Part shown: positions 14,901 to 28,070 of the stretch, piece by piece
Position numbering within the stretch: the stretch's first letter is position 1
How the letters are laid out: each line of letters opens with the position of its first letter
DNA from: the human T2T-CHM13v2.0 reference genome, Homo sapiens
Reading direction: 5' to 3' (one strand)
Assembly: GCF_009914755.1 (NCBI RefSeq)
Contig: NC_060940.1
DNA: 64,000 bases
Notes under the pieces: model-generated
Told to the model about the DNA's origin: nothing
Database searches by the model: none
The model's input: the letters and a program-made list of their open reading frames with translations, nothing else
Made by a program: the position numbers and the translations under genes

Positions 14901-16069
14901 ATTCGATGATGATTCCATTAGATTCCATTCGATTGTTGCATTCGATTCCCTTCGATGATGATTCCTTTGAATTCCATTCGATTATCATTCCGTATGAATC
15001 CATTTGATGATTATTCCATTGGATTCCTTTCGATGATGATTCCATTCGATTCCATTTGATGATGTTTCTCTTGTATTCCATTGGATAATTCCTTTCAGTT
15101 CCCTTCGATGATTATTCTTTCGAGTCAATTCGATGATTCTATTCCATTCCCTTCGATGATGATTCCATTTCACTCCATTTGATGATTCCATTCGACTCAA
15201 TTTGGTGATGATTCAATTCGATGACATTCGATGACTCCATTCAATTTCATTTGATGATGATTACATTCGAGTCCATTTGATGATTGTATTCCTTTCCTTT
15301 TGATGATTATTCCATTCGTGTCTATTCAAAGATTCCATTCTATTCCATTCAATGATGATTGCATTTGATTCCATTCAATGATTATGGCTATCGATTCCAC
15401 TCGTTGATTCCATTTGATTCCGTTCGATGATTATTCCGTTAGATTCCATTAGAAGATTCCATTCGATTTTATTCAATGATTCCAATGGATTCCATTCAAT
15501 GATGATTCCATTCGACTCCATTCAGTGATTCCATTCGAGTCCATTTGATGATTCCATTCTTTTCCATTTGATGATGATTCCATTAGGGTCCATTCAATGA
15601 TTCCATTCGAGTCCATTCGTTAATGCCTTTCGAGTCCTTTTGATCACTACATTCGAGTCCATTCAATGATTCTATTCGATTCCATTCCATGATGATTCCA
15701 TTCGAGTTCATTCGATGATTGCATTCGAGTCCATTTGATGATTCCATATGATTCCCTTCGACAATGATTCCATTCGTGTCCATTTGATGATTCCATTCAT
15801 TTCCTATCGATGAAGATTCCATTCAAGTGTATTCGATGATTCCATTCAAATCCATTCGATGATGATTCCATTCCAGTCCATTCGATCATTCCACTTGATT
15901 CCATTTGATGACTATTGCATTCAAATCCATTTGATGATTCCATTCGATTCCATTCGATGTTACCATTCGAGTATATACGATGATTCCACTCGATTCCATT
16001 TGATGATTATTCCATTGGAGTCCACTTAGTGAATCCTTTAGATTCTACTGGAAGATGATTCCATTCGAG
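11940..16069 (+). repeat. HSat2 unit type C, copy C1 (4,130 bp)
   Basis: Landmark spacing 11984 to 16114 is 4,130 bp. The first ~2.2 kb is shared with A/B, followed by a C-specific ~1.83-kb segment starting GAGTCTATTTATGTATTATATTCG. Confidence 0.85.
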
Positions 16070-19000
16070 TCCATTCGATGATACCATTCAATTCCATTCG
16101 TTGATGCTTCCATTCAAGTGCATTCGATGATATCATTCGATTCCATTTGATGATAATTCCATTTGATTCCATGCGATGATTCTATTCGATTCCATTCAAT
16201 GATAATTCCATTCAATTCAGTGATTCCTCTGGACTCCATTTGATGATGATTCCATTCAATGATTCCATTCGATTCTATTCGAAAATGATTCCATTTGAAT
16301 CCATTTGATGATGATTCCATTGGATTCCATTTGATGATTCCATTCGATTCCATTCGATGATGATTCCATTCGATTCCATTTGATGATTCCATTCTATTGC
16401 ATTCGATCATGATTCCATTCGATTCCATTCGATGATGATTGGATTCGATTCCATTTGATTCCATTCGATAATGATTTCGATCAATTCCATTCGATGATTC
16501 CATTCGATTCCATTCGATAATGATTACATCCGAGTCCATTCGATGATTCCATTTGAGCCCGTTCGATAATTCCATTTGAGTCCAATCAATGATTCCATTC
16601 ATTTCCATTCAATGATTCCATTCGAGTCCATTTGATCATTCCGGTAGGGTCCGTTCGATGTTGATTCCATTGGAGTGCATTCGATGATTCCATTCGAGTC
16701 CATTTTAGGATTTGATTCGAGTCCTTTCGATGATTCCATTCGATTCCACTCGATGATTTCATTCGAGTCCATTCGACACTTCCAATCGATTCCATTTGAT
16801 GTTTCCATTCGATTCCAATTGATGATTCCATTCAATTCCATTCGATGATGATTCCGTACGATTCCATTCTGTGATGATTCCATGTGATTGCATTCAATGA
16901 TGATTCCTTTCGATTGCATTCGATTATGATTCATTTCGTGTTCATTCTATGGTTCCACAGGTTTCCATTCGATGATGTTTCCATTCGTGTCCATTCCATT
17001 ATTCCATTCTATTCCATTTGAAGATGATTCCATTCGATTCCATTCATTGGTGATTCCACTCAATTCCATTCAATGATTCCATTCCATTTCTTTCAACAAT
17101 GATTCCATTAGTTTCTATTCGATGATCCACTTGATTCCATTTGACGATGATTCCATTCGTGTCCATTCGATGATTCCATTTGATTCCATATGATGATGAT
17201 TCCATTCGATTCCACACGATGATGATTCCATTCGAGTCCATTCAATGGTGATTCCATTCAATTCCATTCGATGATTCCTTTCGATTCCATTCAATGATGA
17301 TGGCATTCGATTCCTTTCGATCATTCCCTTTGATTCCATTCAAAGGTGATTTCATTCAAGTCCATTCGATAATTGCATTCGAAACCATTCTATGATGATT
17401 CCATTCGAGTCCATTTGATGATTCCATTCAATTCAAGTCAATGATGATTCCATTCGATTCCACTCGATGATTCCATTGGATTCCATTCGATGATGATTCC
17501 ATTCAAATCCATTCGATAATTCAATTCAAGTCCATTCGATGATGATTCCAATCGAATCCATTCAAAGATTCCACTCAATTCCATTCGATGATGATTCCCT
17601 TAGATTCCATTCGATGATTCCACTTGATTCCATTTACGATGATTCCATTCGATTCCATGTGATGATTCCATTCAATTCTATTCAATGATGTTTCCACTTG
17701 ATTCCATTCGAACATGATTGCCTTTGATTCCATTCAATGATTCCATACGGTTCCATTTGATGATGATTCCATTCGAGTGCATTAGATGATTCCATTCGAG
17801 TCCATTCGATGATTCCATTCGATTCCATTCGATGTTGATTCTGTTCAAATCCATTCGATGATTCCACTCGATTCCATTCGATGACTCCATTTGATCCCAT
17901 TCGATGATTTCCTTTGATTCCCTTTGATGATCATTCCATTTGATTCAATTCGGTGATTTCATTTGATTCCATTCAGTGATGTTTCCATTCAACTCCTTTC
18001 GATGATGATTCCATTCGACTCCATTCGATTATGATTTCATTCAATTCCATTCGATAATGATTCCCTTCAAGTCCATTCGATGATTCCATTCGATTCCATT
18101 CAACGATGATTTGATTCGTGTCCATTCGATGATTCCATTTGATTCCATTTGATGATGATTCCATTCGAGTCCCTTTGATGATTCCATTCAATTCCATTCT
18201 CCGATGATTTCTTTTGAGCCCATTCAATGCTTCCACTCGATTCCATATGATGATGAATCCATTTGATGAAATTCCATGATGATTCCATTCGCTTGCATTC
18301 GATGATGATTCCACTTGAGTCCGTTAGAAGATTCTATTCAATTACATTCCATGACGATTCTGTTCGAGTCCATTTGATGATTCCATTAGACTCCATTCGA
18401 CGATGATTCCATTCGATGTTATTCGATGATGATTCCATTCAACTCCATTCGATGTTTCCATTCGAGTTCATTCTATTATTCCATTAGATTCCATTCGATG
18501 ATGATTCCATTCGATTCCATTTGATGATTGCATTCTATTTCATTTGATGATGATTCCATTCGAGTCCATTCGATGATTCCATTCGAGTCCATTTAATGAA
18601 TCCATTGGTTTCAATTCTATGATGATTACATTGGATTCCATACGTGGATGATTTCATTCGATTCCATTCAATGATGATTCCATTCAATTCCATTCAATGA
18701 TTCCATTCAATTCCATACGATGATGATTCCATTTGATTTGATTCGACAGTGAGCCATTCGATTCAATTCCATGATGATTCTATTTTATTCAATTGGTTGA
18801 CATTTCCATTCGATTCCATTCGATGATGATTCCATTTGATTCCATTCAAAGATGATTCCATTCTAGCCCATTCAATCATTCCATTCGATTCTATTCAATG
18901 ATGATTCCATTCATGTCGATTTGGTGATTCCATTTGACTTCATTTGATGATGATTCCTTTCAAGTTCATTAGATGATTCCATTCGATTCCATTTGATGAT

Positions 19001-21909
19001 GATCCCATTCGAGTCCATTCAGTGATTCCACTCGTTTCCATTCCATGATGATTCCATTCCTTTCCATTCAATGATTCCATTCGATTCCGTTTGATGATGA
19101 TTTCATTCGAGTCCATTTGATGATTCCATTTGATTCCATTCGATGATGATTACATTCGAGTCCATACGATGATTCCACTCAATTCCATATGATGATGATT
19201 CCATTCGATTCCATTCGATGATTCCATTCTATTCTATTCAATGGTGATTCCATTCGAGTACATTAGATGATTCCATTCGATTCCATTCAATGATGATTCT
19301 ATTTGTGTCCCTTAGATGGTTCCACATGATTCCATTTCATGATGATACTATTTGAGCCCATCCAATGATTCCCTTCGATTCCATTCGATGAGGATTCCAT
19401 TCGATTCAATTCATTGGTGATTCTATTCAATTCAATTCTTTGATTCCATTCCATTCCATTCGACAATGATTCCATTCGATTTCTTTCGATGATTCCACTC
19501 GATTCCACTTGACATTGATTCCATTCGATTCCATTCAATGATTCCGTTTGATTCCAGTGGATGATGATTGCCATCGATTCCATTCGATCACTCCATTCTA
19601 TTCCATTTGATGATGATTACATTCGATTCCATTTGATGATTCCATCTGATTCTATTCGAGGATTCCATTTGATTCCATTCGATGATGATTCCATTCGAGT
19701 GCATTCGATGATTTCATTCGAGTACATCCAATGATTCCATTCGAGTCCATTTGATGATTCCATTTGATTCCATTTGATTATGATTCTACTAGAGTCCATT
19801 CAATGACTCCATTCGAATCCATTCAACAATTCCATTCGAGGCCATTCGATGATTCCATTTCATGATTCCATTCGAGTCCATTTAATCATTACAGTCGAGT
19901 CCATTTGGTGATTCCACTGGATTTCTTTTGATAATGATACCATTCAATTACATTTGATGATGATCCCATCCAATTTCATTTGATGGTGATTCCATTAGAG
20001 TCCATTCGATGATTTCATTCGAGTCCCTTCATTGATTCCATCCGATTTCATTTGATGATGACTCCATTCGAGTCCATTCGATGATTCCACTCGATTCCAT
20101 TAGATGATTCCATTGGAGTCCATTTGATTGTTCCATTCGATTCTATTCGATTCCTTTCGAAGATTATTCCGTTTGAGTCCATTCGATGATGATTCCATTC
20201 CATTCCATTCGATGATTCCGTTTGATTCCATTCGATGATTCCCTTCGATTCCTTTCTTTGATGATTCCATTCCATTCCATTCAATGATTCCATTCGAATC
20301 TATTCCATGATGATTCCTTTCGATTCCATTCGCTGATGTTTCCGTTCAATTCCATTCGATGATGATTCCATTCGATTCCATTCATTGAGGATTCCATTGG
20401 ATTCCATTCAATGATGATTCCATTCTATTCCATTCAATGATTGCATTCAATTCCATTCAATGATTATCCCCTGAGAGTAAACTCAACGATTCCATTCAAT
20501 ACCATTCGATGATGATTCCTTTTGAGTCCATTCAATGATTTCATTCAAGTCCATTTGATGATTCCTTTCAATTCCATTCTATGATGATTCCATTCGAGTC
20601 CATTCGATGATTCCATTCGATTGCATTCGATGATTCCATTATATTCCAGTCAACGATGATTCCATTCGAGTCCATTCGATGATTCCATTAGAGTACATTT
20701 AATGATTGCTTTGTTTTCAATTCGAAGATGATTACATTGGATTCCATTCTATGATACCATTCGATTCCATTCAATGATGATTCCACTCAAATCCATTGGA
20801 TGATTCCATTCGTGTCCATTCGGTGATTTCATTAGATTCCATTCGAGGATGATTCCATTCGATTCCATTCGATGATTCCATTCAATTCCATTCGATGATG
20901 ATTCCATTCCAGTCCATATGATCATTCCATTTGATTTCATTCGATGATGATTCCATTCGATTCCATTCGATGATTCCATTCTATTCCATTCGATGATGAT
21001 TCCATTCGAGTCCATTCGATGATTCCATTCGAGTCCATTTAATGATTCCATTGGGTTCAATTCAATGATGATTACATTGGATTCCGTTCTATGATTCCAT
21101 TCAATTCCGTTCATTGACAATTTGATTCCATTCGATGATGATTCCATTTGAGTTCATTCGATGATTCTATTCGATTCTCTTCGATGGTGATTCAATTCTA
21201 TTATATTGGATGATTCCATTCGATTCCATTTGATGTTGATTCAATTCGATTCTATTCGATGATGATTCCATTGGATTTCACTTGATGATTCTATTCGATT
21301 CCATTCAATGATGATTCACTTCTCGTCCATTGGATGATTCCATTTCATTCCATTCGATGATGATTCCATTCGATTCCATTCGATGATTCCATTTGATTCC
21401 ATGCGTCGGTGAGCAATTCGATTCAATTCCATGATGATTCTATTTGATTCAATTAGATGATGTTTCCATTCGAATCCATTCCATGATTATTCCATTGGAA
21501 TCCATTTGGCGATGATTCCATATGAGTCAATTCAATGATGATTCCATATGGGTCCGTTCGATGATAATTCCATTTGATTTCATTCGATGCTTCTATTCTA
21601 TTCCAGTCGATGATGATTCCGTTGGAGTCCATACGATGATTCCATTTGATTTCATTTGATGATGATTCCATTCGATGATGATTACATTGGATTCCATTCT
21701 ATGATTCCATTCAATTCCATTCGTTGATGATTCGATTCCATTCAATGATGATTCCATTTGAGTTCATTCGATGATTCTATTCGATTCCGTTCGATGGTGA
21801 TTCAATTCTATTATATTGGATGATTCCACTCGATTCCATTTGATGATTATTCCATTGGAGTCCACTTAGTGAATCCTTTAGATTCTACTCGAAGATGATT
21901 CCATTCGAG
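16070..21909 (+). repeat. HSat2 unit type A, copy A2 (5,840 bp; 13-bp deletion near 16455)
   Basis: Landmark spacing 16114 to 21954. Same A-type markers and near-identical ORF translations as A1. Confidence 0.85.
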
Positions 21910-24900
21910 TCCATTCGATGATACAATTCAATTCCATTCGTTGATGCTTCCATTCAAGTGCATTCGATGATATCATTCGATTCCATTTGATGATAATTCC
22001 ATTTGATTCCATGCGATGATTCTATTCGATTCCATTCAATGATAATTCCATTCAATTCAGTGATTCCTCTGGACTCCATTTGATGATGATTCCATTCAAT
22101 GATTCCATTCGATTCTATTCCAAAATGATTCCATTTGAATCCATTTGATGATGATTCCATTAGATTCCATTTGATGATTCCATTCGATTCCATTTGACGA
22201 TGATTCCATTCGATTCCATTTGATGATTCCATTCTATTCTATTCGATGATGATTCCATTCGATTCCATTCGATGATGATTGGATTCGATTCCATTTGATG
22301 ATTTCATTTGATTCCATTCGTTAATGATTTCGATCAATTCCATTCGATGATTCCATTCGATTCCATTCGATAATGATTACATCCGAGTCCATTCGGTGAT
22401 TCCATTTGAGCCTGTTCGATAATTCCATTTGAGTCCAACCAATGATTCCATTCATTTCCATTCAATGATTACATTCGAGTCCATTTGATCATTCCGGTAG
22501 GGTCCGTTCGATGTTGATTCCATTGGAGTGCATTCGATGATTCCATTCGAGTCCATTTTATGATTTGATTCGAGTCCTTTCGATGATTCCATTCGATTCC
22601 ACTCGATGATGATTTCATTCGAGTCCATTCGACACTTCCAATCGATTCCACTTGATGTTTCCATTCGAGTCCAATTGATGATTCCATTCAATTCCATTTG
22701 ATGATGATTCCGTACGATTCCATTCTGTGATGATTCCATGTGATTGCATTCAATGATGATTCCTTTCGATTGCATTCGATTATGATTCATTTCGTGTTCA
22801 TTCTATGGTTCCACAGGTTTCCTTTCGTGTCCATTCCATTATTCCATTCTATTCCATTTGATGATGATTCCATTCGATTCCATTCATTGGTGATTCCACT
22901 CAATTCCATTCAATGATTCCATTCCATTTCTTTCAACAATGATTCCATTAGTTTCTAATCGATGATCCACTTGATTCCATTTGATGACGATTCCATTCTC
23001 GTCCATTCGATGATTCCATTTGATTCCATATGATGATGATTCCATTCGATTCCATACGATGATGATTCCATTCGAGTCCATTCAATGGTGATTCCATTCA
23101 ATTCCATTCGATGATTCCTTTTGATTCCATTCGATGATGATGGCATTCGATTCCTTTCAATCATTCCCTTTGATTCCATTCAAAGGTGATTTCATTCAAG
23201 TCCATTCGATAATTGCATTCGATTCCATTCTATGATGATTCCATTCGAGTCCATTTGATGATTCCATTCAATTCAAGTCAATGATGATTCCATTCGATTC
23301 CACTCGATGATTCCATTGGATTCCATTCGATGATGATTCCATTCAAATCCATTCGATAATTCAATTCAAGTCCATTCGATGATGATTAAAATCGAATCCA
23401 TTCAAAGATTCCATTCAGTTCCATTCGATGATTCCCTTAGATTCCATTCGATGATTCCACTTGATTGCATTTACGATGATTCCATTCGATTCCATGTGAT
23501 GATTCCATTCAATTCTATTCAATGCTGTTTCCATTTGATTCCATTCGACCATGATTGCCTTTGATTCCATTCAATGACTCCATTCGGTTCCTTTTGATGA
23601 TGATTCCGTTCGATTCCATTTCATTATTCCATTTGATTCCATTGGATGAGTCCATTCGATTACATTCGATGATTATTCCATTCGAGTGCATTAGATGATT
23701 CCATTCGAGTCCATTCGATGATTCCATTCGATTCCATTCGATGTTGATTCTGTTCAAATCCATTCGATGATTCCACTCGATTCCATTCGATGACTCCAGT
23801 TGATCCCATTCGATGATTTCCTTTGATTCCCTTTGATGATCATTCCATTTGATTCAATTCGGTGATTTCATTTGATTCCATTCAGTGATGTTTCCATTCG
23901 ACTCCATTCGATGATGATTCCATTCGACTCCATTCGATTATGATTTCATTCAATTCCATTCGATAATGATTCCCTTCGAGTCCATTCGATGATTCCATTC
24001 GATTCCATTCAACGATGATTTGATTCGTGTCCATTCGATGATTCCATTTGATTCCACTTGATGATGATTCCATTCGAGTCCATTTGATGATTCCATTCAA
24101 TTCCATTCTCCGATGATTTCTTTTGAGCCCATTCAATGCTTCCACTCGATTCCATATGATGATGACTCCATTCGATGAAATTCGATGATGATTCCATTCG
24201 CTTGCATTCGATGATGATTCCACTTGAGTCCATTAGAAGATTCTATTCAATTACATTCCATGACGATTCCGTTCGAGTCCATTTGATGATTCCATTAGAC
24301 TCCATTCGACGATGATTCCATTCGATGTTATTCGATGATTCCATTCGATCTCATTCGATGATGATTCCATTCAACTCCATTCGATGTTTCCATTCGAGTT
24401 CATTCTATTATTCCATTAGATTCCATTCGATGATGATTCCATTCGATTCCATTTGATGATTGCATTCTATTTCATTTGATGATGATTCCATTCGAGTCCA
24501 CTCGATGATTCCATTCGAGTCCATTTAATGAATCCATTGGTTTCAATTCTATGATGATTACATTGGATTCCATTCGTTGATGATTTCATTCGGTTCCATT
24601 CAATGATGATTCCATTCAATTCCTTTCAATGTTTCCATTCAATTCCATACGATGATGATTCCATTTGATTTGATTCGACAGTGAGCCATTCGATTCAATT
24701 CCATGATGATTCTATTTGATTCAATTGGTTGACATTTCCATTCGATTCCATTCGATGATGATTCCCTTTGATTCCATTCAAAGATGATTCCATTCTAGCC
24801 CATTCAATCATTCCATTCGATTCTATTCAATGATGATTCCATTCATGTCGATTTGGTGATTCCATTTGACTTCATTTGATGATGATTCCTTTCAAGTTCA

Positions 24901-27900
24901 TTAGATGATTCCATTCGATTCCATTTGATGATGATCCCATTCGAGTCCATTCAGTGATTCCACTCGTTTCCATTCCATGATGATTCCATTCCATTCCATT
25001 CAATGATTCCATTCGATTCCGTTTGATGATGATTTCATTCGAGTCCATTTGATGATTCCATTTGATTCCATTCGATGATGATTCCATTCGAGTCCATTCG
25101 ATGATTCTATTCGAATCCATTTGATGATTTCTTTTGATTATATTTGGTGATGATTCCATTGGAGTCCATTCAATGATTCCATTCTATTCCAATCGATGAT
25201 GATTCCATTAGAGTCCATTTAATGATTCCATTTGATTCCAGTCTCTGATGATTACATTCGAGTCCATACGATGATTCCACTCAATTCCATATGATGATGA
25301 TTCCATTTGATTCCATTCGGTGATTCCATTCTATTCTATTCAATGGTGATTCCATTCGAGTACATTAGATGATTCCATTCGATTCCATTCAATGATGATT
25401 CTATTTGTGTCCCTTAGATGATTCCACATGATTCCATTAGATGATGATACTATTTGAGCCCATCCAATGATTCCCTTCGATTCCATTCGATGAGGATTCC
25501 ATTCGATTCAATTCATTGGTGATTCTATTCAATTCAATTCTTTGATTCCATTCCATTCCATTCGACAATGATTCCATTCGATTTCTTTCGATGATTCCAC
25601 TCGATTCCCCTTGACATTGATTCCCTTCGATTCCATTCAATGATTCCATTTGATTCCAGTGGATGATGATTGCCGTCGATTCCATTCGATCACTCCATTC
25701 TGTTCCATTTGATAATGATTACATTCGATTCCATTTGATGATTCCATCTGATTCTATTCGAGGATTCCATTTGATTCCATTCGATGATGATTCCATTCGA
25801 GTCCATTCGATGGTTTCATTCGAGTACATCCAATGATTCCATTCGAGTCCATTTGATGATTCCATTTGATTCCATTTCATAATGATTCTACTAGAGTCCA
25901 TTCAATGACTCCATTGGAGTCCATTCAACACTTCCATTCGACTCCATTTGATGATTCCATTCGATTCCATTTGATGATTCCATTCGAGTCCATTTAATCA
26001 TTACAGTCGAGTCCATTTGGTGATTCCACTGGATTTCTTTAGATAATGATACCATTCAATTACATTTGATGATGATCCCATTCAATTTCATTTGATGATG
26101 ATTCCATTAGAGTCCATTCGATGATTTCATTCGAGTCCCTTCATTGATTCCATCCGATTTCATTGGATGATGACTCCATTCGAGTCCATTCGATGATTCC
26201 ACTCGATTCCATTAGATGACTCCATTGGAGTCCATTTGATTGTTCCATTCGATTCCATTCGATTCCTTTCGAAGATTATTCCATTTGAGTCCATTCGATG
26301 ATGATTCCATTCCATTCCATTCGATGATTCCGTTTGATTCCATTCGATGAATCCCTTCGATTCCTTTCTTTGATGATTCCATTCCATTCCATTCAATGAT
26401 TCCATTCGAATCTATTCCATGATGATTCCTTTCGATTCCATTCGCTGATGTTTCCTTTCAATTCCATTCGATGATGATTCCATTCGATTCCATTCATTGA
26501 GGATTCCATTTGATTCCATTCAATGATGTTTCCGTTCTATTCCATTCAATGATTGCATTCAATTCCATTCAATGATTATCCCCTTAGAGTAAACTCAACG
26601 ATTCCATTCAATACCATTCGATGATGATTCCTTTTGAGTCCATTCAATGATTTCATTCAAGTCCATTTGATGATTCCTTTCAATTCCATTCTATGATGAT
26701 TCCATTCGAGTCCATTCCATGATTCCATTCGATTGCATTCGATGATTCCATTATATTCCAGTCAACGATGATTCCATTCGAGTCCATTCGATGATTCCAT
26801 TAGAGTACATTTAATGATTGCTTTGTTTTCAATTCGAAGATGATTACATTCGATTCCATTCTATGATACCATTCGATTCCATTCAATGATGATTCCACTC
26901 AAATCCATTGGATGATTCCATTCGTGTCCATTTGGTGATTTCATTAGATTCCATTCGAGGATGATTCCATTCGATTCCATTCGATGATTCCATTCAATTC
27001 CATTCGATGATGATTCCATTCCAGTCCATATGATCATTCCATTTGATTTCATTCGATGATGATTCCATTCGATTCCATTCGATGATTCCATTCTATTCCA
27101 TTCGATGATGATTCCATTCGAGTCCATTCGATGATTCCATTCGAGTCCATTTAATGATTCCATTGGGTTCAATTCAATGATGATTACATTGGATTCCGTT
27201 CTATGATTCCATTCAATTCCGTTCATTGACAATTTGATTCCATTCGATGATGATTCCATTTGAGTTCATTCGATGATTCTATTCGATTCTCTTCGATGGT
27301 GATTCAATTCTATTATATTGGATGATTCCATTCGATTCCATTTGATGTTGATTCAATTCGATTCTATTCGATGATGATTCCATTGGATTTCACTTGATGA
27401 TTCTATTCGATTCTATTCGATGATGATTCCATTAGATTTCACTTGATGATTCTATTCGATTCCATTCAATGATGATTCACTTCTCGTCCATTGGATGATT
27501 CCATTTCATTCCATTCGATGATGATTCCATTCGATTCCATTCGATGATTCCATTTGATTCCATGCGACGGTGAGCAATTCGATTCAATTCCATGATGATT
27601 CTATTTGATTCAATTAGATGATGTTTCCATTCGAATCCATTCCACGATTATTCCATTGGAATCCATTTGGCGATGATTCCATATGAGTGAATTCAATGAT
27701 GATTCCATATGGGTCCGTTCGATGATAATTCCATTTGATTTCATTCAATGCTTCTATTCTATTCCAGTCGATGATGATTCCGTTGGAGTCCATACGATGA
27801 TTCCATTTGATTTCATTTGATGATGATTCCATTCGATGATGATTACATTGGATTCCATTCTATGATTCCATTCAATTCCATTCGTTGATGATTCGATTCC

Positions 27901-28070
27901 ATTCAATGATGATTCCATTTGAGTTCATTCGATGATTCTATTCGATTCCGTTCGATGGTGATTCAATTCTCTTATATTGGATGATTCCACTCGATTCCAT
28001 TTGATGATTATTCCATTGGAGTCCAATTAGTGAATCCTTTAGATTCTACTCGAAGATGATTCCATTCGAG
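21910..28070 (+). repeat. HSat2 unit type B, copy B2 (6,161 bp; includes a 49-bp tandem duplication)
   Basis: Landmark spacing 21954 to 28115 is 6,161 bp, equal to 6,112 + 49. Confidence 0.85.
27361..27458 (+). repeat. 2 x 49-bp tandem duplication private to B2
   Basis: ATTCTATTCGATGATGATTCCATT(G/A)GATTTCACTTGATGATTCTATTCG occurs twice in tandem with one mismatch. It is single-copy in the other A/B units. Confidence 0.9.

Noticed and set aside
14148-15978. Possible transposon or non-satellite insertion in C units
   Set aside because: The segment is still CATTC/GATGAT satellite, with no poly-A tail, terminal repeats or target-site duplication, and it replaces sequence rather than inserting into it.
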